Below are positions 27,894 through 36,715 of a DNA stretch of 64,000 nucleotides, in pieces. The first letter of the stretch is position 1. Each line of letters begins with the position of its first letter. The stretch lies in the NCBI GenBank assembly GCA_964553245.1, contig CAZKJM010000001.1, positions 81,806 to 145,805 of the forward strand, in the 5' to 3' direction. The stretch is from an uncultured Gammaproteobacteria bacterium. Its GTDB lineage: Bacteria; Patescibacteriota; Microgenomatia; Levybacterales; UBA12049. Made by a program: the position numbers and the translations under genes. A model generated the notes under the pieces. The model was not told the DNA's origin. It ran no database searches and saw only the letters and a program-made list of their open reading frames with translations.

Positions 27894-28897
27894 ATTATGT
27901 TTTTACCAATTGAACCCTCGCGAACTATTTTATTTAACGAATATCTTTTCATAAACTTTAACATTAACTTTGGGATTAACAATGAAGAAACTAACCAAAA
28001 CCAGAAAGAAAAACTATATAAAAATTTTTTTCTTAATTGTATTACCCTTCTTGCTCCTTTTATTAGGTTAAAATTGGTATTAGAATACTTATTTGCCGGA
28101 AAATGTCTAATTAATTCTCTTATTATTTTGTCAATGAACTCATTTGCTTCTTCTTTATTAAGTGACTTTTGTAAAAATAATAAATACTTTTCAAATGAAA
28201 ATTTACCTTCTTTTATGTAAAAAAAGGGGTGATTAGGGTTTTTATCTTTATCTATCCACCGAGCAAAAAATAAATATTTGGAAATAAAAAATCCTCCGCT
28301 CTCTTTTATATTACCTATTAACATGTCTATCCATGGGATAAGCTCTGAATTAATTAATCTATTTTTTTTATTCTGCTTCAATATGATTCCCGTAAGAAAA
28401 AATGGATCCACTTTTTCAAGGAATTTGATAATTTCATAATTGCCCAAATTAGGATTCAGACTCTTATTTGTTAAAAATTTATTATCCTTATTAAAATTAA
28501 AAATTTTTCCTGTTTTATCATTAACGCTTAAGTAATTTGCTCTAATAAATCCATAATTATTCTTTGTTAAATGTTTATAAATATGCTTTAAAGCATTACT
28601 ATTCTTCATATAGTCGTCGTCTCCATGAAAAATAATGTATCTTCCCTTAGATAATGAAATTGCTTTCTGAAGGTTACCTATCCAAGTAATTTTTTTTGCA
28701 TTTTTTATATACTTTATTCTTGAATCCTTAAAGCTTAATACGATTTCTCTTGTTGAATCACTAGAGTTGTTATCAGAGATTACAATCTCAAAATTTTTAA
28801 AAGTTTGTTTAAGTATGGCAACTATTGCTTTATTAAGATATTGTTCTCTATTGTAAGTGGGTATCAAAATTGAAAAAAAGGGGTTATTTACTTTCAT
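27890..28897 (-). CDS. glycosyltransferase family 2 (GT-A)
   Basis: FFSILIPTYNREQYLNKAIVAIL...ISDNNSSDST. 335 aa. Confidence 0.75.
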   Translation of the reverse strand: MKVNNPFFSILIPTYNREQYLNKAIVAILKQTFKNFEIVISDNNSSDSTREIVLSFKDSRIKYIKNAKKITWIGNLQKAISLSKGRYIIFHGDDDYMKNSNALKHIYKHLTKNNYGFIRANYLSVNDKTGKIFNFNKDNKFLTNKSLNPNLGNYEIIKFLEKVDPFFLTGIILKQNKKNRLINSELIPWIDMLIGNIKESGGFFISKYLFFARWIDKDKNPNHPFFYIKEGKFSFEKYLLFLQKSLNKEEANEFIDKIIRELIRHFPANKYSNTNFNLIKGARRVIQLRKKFLYSFSFWFWLVSSLLIPKLMLKFMKRYSLNKIVREGSIGKNII

Positions 28898-29856
28898 TTA
28901 TATAACATTTGTTCCATTGTTTGATAATATTTGAGAAACTTCTTAACTTTTATTTCGTCTGGTAATACAATATAGAATTTTTTACATTCAATTAGTAATT
29001 CTTTTTCTTCATCTGTAAAAAGTTTCTCTGTAATTTTCTCTCCGTTCCTTTTTCCAACAATTTTTATTTTTATTTTTTTACTATTTGAGTTCTTTATAAT
29101 AGTTTTTTTTGCTAATTGATAAATATTTTCCTCGTCCATCTTTAACACAAATATCTCTTGACCTTTCATTAACGTAGCCGCAAGAAAAACTAAATTAACT
29201 GCATCGGGAATTGACATAAAAAACCTTTTCATTCTTTTATCGGTAACTGTTACTGGTCCTCCTTCATTAATTTGATTAATCCATACTGGTATAACAGATC
29301 CTCTTGAGTTCATAACATTCCCAAATCTAACAACTGAAAACTTAGTAAGAGCAGACCCAGAGTAATATTTGGAACAGATTACCATTTTTTCCATAAGAAG
29401 TTTTGTAATACCCATAACATTATTAGGATATACTGCTTTATCGGTAGATATGGCAATTAACCTATCAACATTATTTTTAATTGCCAAGTCAATTATATTT
29501 TGTGTCCCATAAACATTGGTCTTTATTGCTTCAAAAGAATTATTTTCACAATATGGAACGTGTTTTAATGCAGCTGCATGAAAAACAATATTAACCCCTT
29601 GAAAGGCTTTTTCAAGTCTATCTTTGTCTCTTATATCTCCAATAAAATATTTAATATCTACTGGACTAGAAAGTTTTTTCAGTTCTTGTTCAAGAAAAAA
29701 ATGCTTAGACTCATCCCTGGAGTATACTCTAACTTGCTTTGGCCTGTATGGCAAAATTTGTCTTACGATTTCACTTCCAATTGATCCAGTTCCACCAGTT
29801 ACCAAAATTATTTTTTTATTAAAAGTTCGAAATAATTTTTTATTTAATTTTGTCAT
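28894..29856 (-). CDS. nucleotide-sugar (UDP/GDP-GlcNAc) 4,6-dehydratase of the PseB/FlaA1/CapD/LegB family
   Basis: KKIILVTGGTGSIGSEIVRQIL...VRVYSRDESK...FIGDIRDKDRL...FHAAALKHVP...ISTDKAVYP is collinear with Campylobacter/Helicobacter PseB. 320 aa. Confidence 0.8.
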   Translation of the reverse strand: MTKLNKKLFRTFNKKIILVTGGTGSIGSEIVRQILPYRPKQVRVYSRDESKHFFLEQELKKLSSPVDIKYFIGDIRDKDRLEKAFQGVNIVFHAAALKHVPYCENNSFEAIKTNVYGTQNIIDLAIKNNVDRLIAISTDKAVYPNNVMGITKLLMEKMVICSKYYSGSALTKFSVVRFGNVMNSRGSVIPVWINQINEGGPVTVTDKRMKRFFMSIPDAVNLVFLAATLMKGQEIFVLKMDEENIYQLAKKTIIKNSNSKKIKIKIVGKRNGEKITEKLFTDEEKELLIECKKFYIVLPDEIKVKKFLKYYQTMEQMLYK

Positions 29857-30685
29857 TAAAGCTTTTTCTTATAAAACCAGGCAGATTATTTTTAAATTCT
29901 ATTTTAATTTCTTTGGATAGTTTATCGTTTGATATATTTTCTATATTCTCGTAAGGCTCACGTTTAGCGTATTTTACCTTAAATTTACTTTTTGTTAAAG
30001 TGGAAACAAGTTTTATAAACTCTCTTACTGTATATTCCTCTTCTCCACTTAAATTATAAGTACCATAAATGTCTTGCAACATGGACTCAACAATTAAATT
30101 TGCACAATCGTCAACGTGCATAAAAAACCTTTTTAATGAACCGTTATTATTAAAATATAATTTTCTATCTGATATAAAAGATTTATAAACATATCCACTT
30201 ATTCCTTTTGAACCAATTCCATATAGATTAGATATTCTATATATAGTTTTTTTTCGGTCAGGAATAAATTCATTAATCAAAAACTCCGAATATGCCTTGC
30301 ATGTTGAATAAGGAGTCTCTGGGTTTAAAGGATTTTCTTCCAAAGCGTAATCCGTAGTTCCATAAACTGCAACGGTTGATAATTGAATTAGCTTCTTGTC
30401 ATATTTATTACAAATTTTGATTAGATTTAAAATTGCTTTTGAATTAAGCAAAAAACATTGATTTATTGGAAAGCTTATTTGTCCAGTACAGTTAACAACT
30501 GTATCGAAAGCCCTAGACTCCTCTTCAAGCTGATTATAGTTAAGAATATCAATTCTCTTATTTCTAGAATTTTTATTATGCATAGATGCAAATCCTGTAT
30601 TTCTAATCCCTCTTTCGGATAGTTTTTTTACTATGCTTTTACCAAGGAATCCACTACCACCTAATACCATTACCGACTTATTCAT
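29840..30685 (-). CDS. NAD(P)-dependent epimerase/dehydratase (short-chain dehydrogenase/reductase superfamily, extended class)
   Basis: VMVLGGSGFLGKSIVKKL Rossmann motif. 281 aa. Confidence 0.6.
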   Translation of the reverse strand: MNKSVMVLGGSGFLGKSIVKKLSERGIRNTGFASMHNKNSRNKRIDILNYNQLEEESRAFDTVVNCTGQISFPINQCFLLNSKAILNLIKICNKYDKKLIQLSTVAVYGTTDYALEENPLNPETPYSTCKAYSEFLINEFIPDRKKTIYRISNLYGIGSKGISGYVYKSFISDRKLYFNNNGSLKRFFMHVDDCANLIVESMLQDIYGTYNLSGEEEYTVREFIKLVSTLTKSKFKVKYAKREPYENIENISNDKLSKEIKIEFKNNLPGFIRKSFNDKIK

Positions 30686-31832
30686 AAAATTTTTTTTGAA
30701 TGATGTTACTGAGAGGAATTGTCTTTAATACTTTAACAATTTTTTCTGCAGAATTACCTATGCCATAAGGATTTCTAATTTTTTTAATTGAGTTTAGAAA
30801 TTTTTTATCATATAGAGCTTTTTTTATAGCTTCCATAATTTCTTTTTTGCTATATCCTACATCTATAACGTTGCTAGACCTTTCTCTGCCTTGTTGTCGG
30901 GTACCAATGTTAACCACTGGAGTTTTAAAGGTAGCTGCCTCATGAATACCAGAGCTTGAATTCCCTATTAAAACAGATACATATCTTAATAAATTGGAAT
31001 ATTTTGTAGAAGATAGTGTTGGATAGTATTTTACATTAAGTTTTTTCAATTGCTTGATAATTCCAGAATATCCAGCATCGTTATTAGGAAATAATATTAT
31101 ACTTTGTATTTTTAAAGTTTTTAAAGCTTCAATCGTTTCAATAATCTGAGAATCTGATTTGTTATTTTCAGTTGTAACAGGATGCTGAATCATTAATGCT
31201 ACTGGTTTTGAAAAATCCACATTGAATTCTTTTTCCAGCTCCTTCTTCGAAATCTTCTTCGAATTTAAAAGGGTATCTATTGATGAACAACCTACTGTAA
31301 AGATAAATTTTGGGTCTTCTCCAATTCTTATTAGTCTTTTTTTAGATAGCATCGTTGCTGGAAAATGTATATGAGCAAATTTACTCATTGCATGTCTTAT
31401 GCTCTCATCGATGCTTCCTGTAAGTTCTCCTCCCTGAATATGAGCAACGGGAATATTCATATGCGCAGCTGCTATAGTTACTGCAAAATTTGCTCCAATA
31501 TCAAATCCCGATAAAACTATATCTGGCTTAACCTTTTCTAGCTCATCGACAATCTTCAACATAAATCTACTCATACCCCTTACCATCTCTGCACCAGAAT
31601 CTTCCCCATTGTCTTTAAACATTTTTATTTCGGAAGAAATTTTAAAACCATCATTTTTTATGTTTTGAATATCATGCCCATGACTTTTTAATAAACAAAT
31701 TCCTGTAACCACAATATATAGTTCAAAAAAAGGATCTTCTTTTATCTTTTCTAAAACAGGCTTGAATCTACTATAATCAGCCCTTCTTTCTATGACTACA
31801 AAAATTTTTCTCATTTCCCTATATCCCTCCAT
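30678..31832 (-). CDS. neuC: UDP-N-acetylglucosamine 2-epimerase (hydrolysing), NeuC/LegG family
   Basis: ADYSRFKPVL...LYIVVTG...GFDIGANFAVTIAAAHMNIPVAHIQGGE...DESIRHAMSKFAHIHFPAT is collinear with NeuC. Confidence 0.8.
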   Translation of the reverse strand: MEGYREMRKIFVVIERRADYSRFKPVLEKIKEDPFFELYIVVTGICLLKSHGHDIQNIKNDGFKISSEIKMFKDNGEDSGAEMVRGMSRFMLKIVDELEKVKPDIVLSGFDIGANFAVTIAAAHMNIPVAHIQGGELTGSIDESIRHAMSKFAHIHFPATMLSKKRLIRIGEDPKFIFTVGCSSIDTLLNSKKISKKELEKEFNVDFSKPVALMIQHPVTTENNKSDSQIIETIEALKTLKIQSIILFPNNDAGYSGIIKQLKKLNVKYYPTLSSTKYSNLLRYVSVLIGNSSSGIHEAATFKTPVVNIGTRQQGRERSSNVIDVGYSKKEIMEAIKKALYDKKFLNSIKKIRNPYGIGNSAEKIVKVLKTIPLSNIIQKKFYE

Positions 31833-32887
31833 TTTAACTGAGTGTTAATAGGCAAGCTTCTAATTATTTTTTTACCTAAAATTTTTCTATAGTCCTTTGC
31901 TTTAATCTCACCTGTTCCAGGTCTCTTTACCCAAATATTTTCTTCTGTGAGTAGATCGCCTTTTTTTATTTCTTTTGTCGTCACGACGCAAGCGTAAGCA
32001 AAATTAATAGTAGGTTGTTCTTCTTTTAAAATATTTTTTGAACCACCAAGTGCCTTATGAATAAAATCCGTACCTTTAATTAATTCACTAAGCTCAGTAG
32101 GATCGATTGAGATAGGAATATCTGGCCCAGGCCACTTCTTGCTCGATGTAAAATGTTTTTCAATTATTGATGCGCCACAACTTATAGCAGCAAAACTAGT
32201 ATAATTTCCTATTGAATGATCGCTTAATCCTACTACGGTATTAGGAAATGTTTTTGACAGATCAACTAGTGCCCCCAATCTTACTTTTTCGTAAGGCGTT
32301 GGATAAATTGAAGTACAATGTAATATTGCAAATTCAGTTTTATAGCTTCTAAGTATCTTAACTGCCTTTTTTATAGAAGGGATATCATTCATTCCCGTAC
32401 TTAGAATAATTGGTTTTTTAAATCTAGCAATATGCTCAATCAATGGATAATTATTGCACTCTCCGGACCCAATTTTGTAAGCATCAACATTCATTCTTTT
32501 CAATCTTTCTGCTGCTGCGCGCGAGAATGGAGTAGATAGATAAATCATACCCTTAGATTCAACATATCTTTTTATCTTAAAATCCTCTTCCTCTGATAAT
32601 TTGCATCTTTCCATAATTTTCCAGATGGTTTCCTTGGTATTTCCAGGCACGACCTTATTTGGAATCATCTCATCCTCTATTACATGTGCCTGAAACTTAA
32701 CGCACTCACAACCTGCATTATGGGCATCATCTATCATCCTAATTGCTTTCTTAATATTTCCTTCGTGATTAATCCCCACTTCTGCAATAATAAATGGCTT
32801 AAAAGAAGGACCAATCTTTCTATCCTTTATTTTTATATACTGCTTTGAATTCATATTAAATCTAAAAAACCCTAAACTGCATAGCAA
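31811..32887 (-). CDS. neuB: nonulosonic acid (N-acetylneuraminate/legionaminate/pseudaminate-type) synthase, NeuB family with C-terminal SAF domain
   Basis: FIIAEVGINHEGNIKKAIRMIDDAHNAGCECVKFQ is the NeuB TIM-barrel N-terminal signature. 358 aa. A C-terminal antifreeze-like (SAF) domain region is present. Confidence 0.85.
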   Translation of the reverse strand: MLCSLGFFRFNMNSKQYIKIKDRKIGPSFKPFIIAEVGINHEGNIKKAIRMIDDAHNAGCECVKFQAHVIEDEMIPNKVVPGNTKETIWKIMERCKLSEEEDFKIKRYVESKGMIYLSTPFSRAAAERLKRMNVDAYKIGSGECNNYPLIEHIARFKKPIILSTGMNDIPSIKKAVKILRSYKTEFAILHCTSIYPTPYEKVRLGALVDLSKTFPNTVVGLSDHSIGNYTSFAAISCGASIIEKHFTSSKKWPGPDIPISIDPTELSELIKGTDFIHKALGGSKNILKEEQPTINFAYACVVTTKEIKKGDLLTEENIWVKRPGTGEIKAKDYRKILGKKIIRSLPINTQLKWRDIGK

Positions 32888-34017
32888 ATTGTATCAGCAA
32901 TTTCCTCAGTCAAGTGTCTAAGATAGAATTTATAATTTTTGTTAATTTTGTAAATCTTTAAAATTATTTTCCAAATGTGATCTGGATGATGATATACAGA
33001 AATTGCTAATTTAGGCTTATGTTTTCTAATTATATCTTTCGCTCCATCAAGCGCCCTATATTCAGAACCTTCTATGTCCATTTTAATTAATGTTGGTTTT
33101 TCTTTACGGTTATGGAAAAAATCATCAATCGTAGTAACATGTATATAATCTTTACCTGCTTTATTCTTTTTAACTACTTCTTTTAAGGAGATACTCGAAT
33201 CAAAACTGTTGTTACAGATAAATTTAACCCATGAATTGGAATTATATACTCCTTCTTTTAATAGGTGTATGTTTTTTAAATTATTTCTTTTTATCAAATC
33301 TCTAATTTTACGAAGATTTTTAGGATCAGGCTCAAATGCATAAATACTATTATAGTTTTTTTTTGCACTTAAGAATGCCTTTATTGTATCTCCATCATAT
33401 GCTCCGCAATCAACATACACTTCATCTTCTTTTAAATGTAAGATATCACTTTCTAAAAATATTGGAAATTTTGATTTAGATTTATCTATGTATTTATAAT
33501 CTCCAGTAATCCTGAATTTTTGTAGATTAGACAGAACCTTTTTTGACTCATCATCGCTTAAAAGCGTCTTCACCTTAAGTATATTAAAGTTATAATTATT
33601 ATTAAAAATTTTTTTATGCATTTTATCAATCTGAGGCAAAGGAAATATTTTTGGAGAAAAAATATTTAATATATAAGGAATAAAAATCGACTTAAACCCA
33701 TTCTTTTTTAGTTGTTTATATATCTGATTTGTATATAAAAGACTACCAATAATTATTAATTGATTTTTTATAACTTTCGCTTCTTTTAAAGAAATAATTT
33801 TTGTATTTTTATATTTTTTTCCTTGAACCTTCAAATCATTGTCAATAAATGCTTCTGTCCTAATACCTTTTTTTTCTAAATTATCGTGATATAACCTACC
33901 AAGACCTCCTGCTCCAAAAATTAAAACTTTTTTTTTACTATCGAAGATTTGCTTATATTGCGAGTATTTATTTTTTTTAAAAAATATTTTTTTTTCAAAG
34001 ATAAACTTATTTAACAT
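32872..34017 (-). CDS. fusion protein: N-terminal NeuD/PglD-like Rossmann-type domain plus C-terminal FkbM-family methyltransferase
   Basis: N-terminal VLIFGAGGLGRLYHDNL resembles the NeuD N-domain IIGAGGHGKV motif. The C-terminal VYVDCGAYDGDTIKAF...IKMDIEGSEYRALDGA...LAISVYH matches FkbM methyltransferase. Confidence 0.65.
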   Translation of the reverse strand: MLNKFIFEKKIFFKKNKYSQYKQIFDSKKKVLIFGAGGLGRLYHDNLEKKGIRTEAFIDNDLKVQGKKYKNTKIISLKEAKVIKNQLIIIGSLLYTNQIYKQLKKNGFKSIFIPYILNIFSPKIFPLPQIDKMHKKIFNNNYNFNILKVKTLLSDDESKKVLSNLQKFRITGDYKYIDKSKSKFPIFLESDILHLKEDEVYVDCGAYDGDTIKAFLSAKKNYNSIYAFEPDPKNLRKIRDLIKRNNLKNIHLLKEGVYNSNSWVKFICNNSFDSSISLKEVVKKNKAGKDYIHVTTIDDFFHNRKEKPTLIKMDIEGSEYRALDGAKDIIRKHKPKLAISVYHHPDHIWKIILKIYKINKNYKFYLRHLTEEIADTICYAV

Positions 34018-34021
34018 TTTA

Positions 34022-34801
34022 CTAAATTATTGTCCAGCCTCCATCAACTATTAAATTATGACCTGTTATGTATGATGAGGCATTCGAAGAAAGAAACAAT
34101 ACGGGCATAATAAAATCTTTTGGAGTTGCCATTCGACCAAGCGGAGTAAATTTTGAATAATTTTTTACGAATCTAGGATTTTGATTATCGAATACTCCAC
34201 CTGGGCTAATACAATTTACCCTTACATTATATTTACCAAAATATGACGCAAAATATCTTGTCATTGTATTAATCCCACCTTTAATTAAAGGATAAGCCGC
34301 AGCGGTAGTCATATTAGTTCCTTCATAAATATTGAAATTTGGTCCTACTAAGCCATATATTGAGCTGAAATTTATAATACTGCCTTTTTTTCTTCTGCTC
34401 ATATCTATTGCAACTTGCTGAGAAACATAATAATAACCACCCAAATGATCCAATAAATTTTTTCGAACAGACTGCAAAGGAGTTTTTTTTATATCAACTT
34501 GCCAATCTAAAGTTCTTGGAAAACTGCAATTAATTAAAACGTCAATATTTTTATACTTATTTTTAAAGTTTTTTAGCAAAAAATCTATGCTATTTTTACT
34601 TGAAATATCAAACTTAACGGTTGTAATTTTTTTCTCTTCCTGGTTTAAGTATTTAACTAACTCTTTATCAATAACCTTATCTGCAATAAGTAATTTACTC
34701 TGTAATTTTACAAAAGCCTTTACAAGCTCTTTTCCTATTAAACCAAAACCCCCAATTAGCAAAATATTTTTATCTTTTAAATCTGAAAAATCGTATCTCA
34801 T
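34022..34801 (-). CDS. SDR-family oxidoreductase (classical short-chain dehydrogenase)
   Basis: NILLIGGFGLIGKELVKAF glycine-rich motif. 259 aa. Confidence 0.6.
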   Translation of the reverse strand: MRYDFSDLKDKNILLIGGFGLIGKELVKAFVKLQSKLLIADKVIDKELVKYLNQEEKKITTVKFDISSKNSIDFLLKNFKNKYKNIDVLINCSFPRTLDWQVDIKKTPLQSVRKNLLDHLGGYYYVSQQVAIDMSRRKKGSIINFSSIYGLVGPNFNIYEGTNMTTAAAYPLIKGGINTMTRYFASYFGKYNVRVNCISPGGVFDNQNPRFVKNYSKFTPLGRMATPKDFIMPVLFLSSNASSYITGHNLIVDGGWTII

Positions 34802-34831
34802 TTTATTTTACCGTATTATATAACGAAATTA

Positions 34832-35821
34832 TTAGTTTATTTCAATCATTTTTTCAAGCCTAACTGACTTATGAATGGCAAGTAATATTTTTAAATTTCT
34901 TATTCCATCCTCTAGTGATATTTCTGCTTCTTTTTTATTCTTAACGCTGTCTATAAAACTTTTTATTTCTGAAGCAAACATATCATTTCTTTCAAATTTT
35001 TTAAATTTAAAGGTCTCAATATTAATATTTCCTTTACGGTTGAACCTATAAACCGTTATTTTTTTTAAAAAATAATCAAATTCAATTCTTCCATTTTCTC
35101 CAATAAAATACCATTGCCTTTTTGGTGGATTTTGCAAAAAATCAAGATGAATATTTGCAATTACGCCATCTTTATATCTGAATAATATCTCTGCCACATC
35201 TTCTGTATTAATTACCATATTAGACAAATGACCAGAGAATGCAAAAACACTTTCTGGACATCCAAGAAAATATGTCAATAAGTCAACTTCGTGACAAAGT
35301 GTAAATATTACCCCTCCACCTAATTCTCTTCTAGCGGAATATCCTTTCGCGTAATCCTCTTTTGGATGCCATAATGGAAGAAATTCACCACATGTAAGAT
35401 TGCAATACAATATCTTTCCAATATAATTCTTATTTAAAAGCTCTTTAATTTTTATTACTGCTGGATGATATCTCATCATAAAACCAACAAATACCAATCT
35501 TTTGCTTGCTCTTATTGTTTCCAATAATTTTTTTGCCTGATTTAAATTAGTACCCAATGGCTTCTCGATAAATATATTGCTTTTATTTTTAGCTGCTAGC
35601 AATGCAAACTTTAAATGCAGTGATGATGGATTTGTAATAAAAACAATATCTGGTTTTTCGGAAAATGCTTTTTTTAAACTATAAAATTGCTTTACGCCTA
35701 AATTATCTTTCTGATAATTTTTTTTAGATCTAAAAGCTATTATATTTTTTTCGCCACATTCTATTAAATTTTTTAAATGTCGCTGGCCAATAGAACCAAG
35801 TCCGCAAAAAAGATACTTCAC
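34832..35821 (-). CDS. Gfo/Idh/MocA-family NAD(P)-dependent oxidoreductase
   Basis: MKYLFCGLGSIGQRHLKNL N-terminal Rossmann fold. 329 aa. A EKP motif region is present (IFIEKPLG). Confidence 0.7.
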   Translation of the reverse strand: MKYLFCGLGSIGQRHLKNLIECGEKNIIAFRSKKNYQKDNLGVKQFYSLKKAFSEKPDIVFITNPSSLHLKFALLAAKNKSNIFIEKPLGTNLNQAKKLLETIRASKRLVFVGFMMRYHPAVIKIKELLNKNYIGKILYCNLTCGEFLPLWHPKEDYAKGYSARRELGGGVIFTLCHEVDLLTYFLGCPESVFAFSGHLSNMVINTEDVAEILFRYKDGVIANIHLDFLQNPPKRQWYFIGENGRIEFDYFLKKITVYRFNRKGNINIETFKFKKFERNDMFASEIKSFIDSVKNKKEAEISLEDGIRNLKILLAIHKSVRLEKMIEIN

Positions 35822-36711
35822 TTTTCGACCTTCCTAATCCTGCTAATAGCAAAATAATCATCTTTTATAAGAAACTGTTTACTTATTATTGATTTATTAT
35901 TTTTTAAATGTTGGTATAATTTTAAGATTCCCTCTTCATATGAATAAAACTTCAATAGCGGCATTTCATTTCTTAATCTAGAATTATCTCCCGTGTATTG
36001 ATAGTTCAATCCTTTATTGACGACTGTTATTTCTGAATTCTTTCTTGAAATTTTATTTATTATTTTTACTATCTCTACCAAGCTTATGGATGTATCAGGT
36101 GTAACATTATAATCAGAGTACGTCACATTTGCCTTAAGAAAGAAATCTAAAACCTTTATCAAATCATCTATAAATAAATAGTCGAAAACCACATCTTGCT
36201 TTATAGATATCGGTAGATTAAAAATATTCTTCGCAACTGAATTTGATATAAATTTTTTTAAATAGTCTTCTCCCGGTCCATATATCCCAAAAAGCCTTAA
36301 GTTGGTAATATTTTTTACCTTACTCCCTTTTTCTTGTATTAAAAACTTCGCAAACCCATATGAATCCTGTGGCACATATTTTCCCCAATCTGTTTCTTTT
36401 ACTTTAACTAAGTTCCTGTTTTTCGCATATTCTGCTCCTGAACCAAAGTGAATTATCTTCTTAACAACATCTGAATTTCTAAAGATACTTTCAAACATTC
36501 TTAAATTATCTTCAAAACCCTCTGACCCATTAACTATTGCAGAATGTATAATCGCATCTATCTTTTTTAATTTTAAATATTTTCTTAACAATAGTTCATC
36601 TTTAATATCCAATTCATTATGAGAGGGTGAAAAAAGAATGTGTTTTTTCTTCAACTTCGATATAATATTCTTGCCTATAAAACCTCTTCCTCCTGTTATT
36701 AAAATTTTCAT
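35818..36711 (-). CDS. NAD-dependent epimerase/dehydratase or reductase
   Basis: MKILITGGRGFIGKNII. 297 aa. Confidence 0.6.
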   Translation of the reverse strand: MKILITGGRGFIGKNIISKLKKKHILFSPSHNELDIKDELLLRKYLKLKKIDAIIHSAIVNGSEGFEDNLRMFESIFRNSDVVKKIIHFGSGAEYAKNRNLVKVKETDWGKYVPQDSYGFAKFLIQEKGSKVKNITNLRLFGIYGPGEDYLKKFISNSVAKNIFNLPISIKQDVVFDYLFIDDLIKVLDFFLKANVTYSDYNVTPDTSISLVEIVKIINKISRKNSEITVVNKGLNYQYTGDNSRLRNEMPLLKFYSYEEGILKLYQHLKNNKSIISKQFLIKDDYFAISRIRKVEK

Positions 36712-36715
36712 ATTA

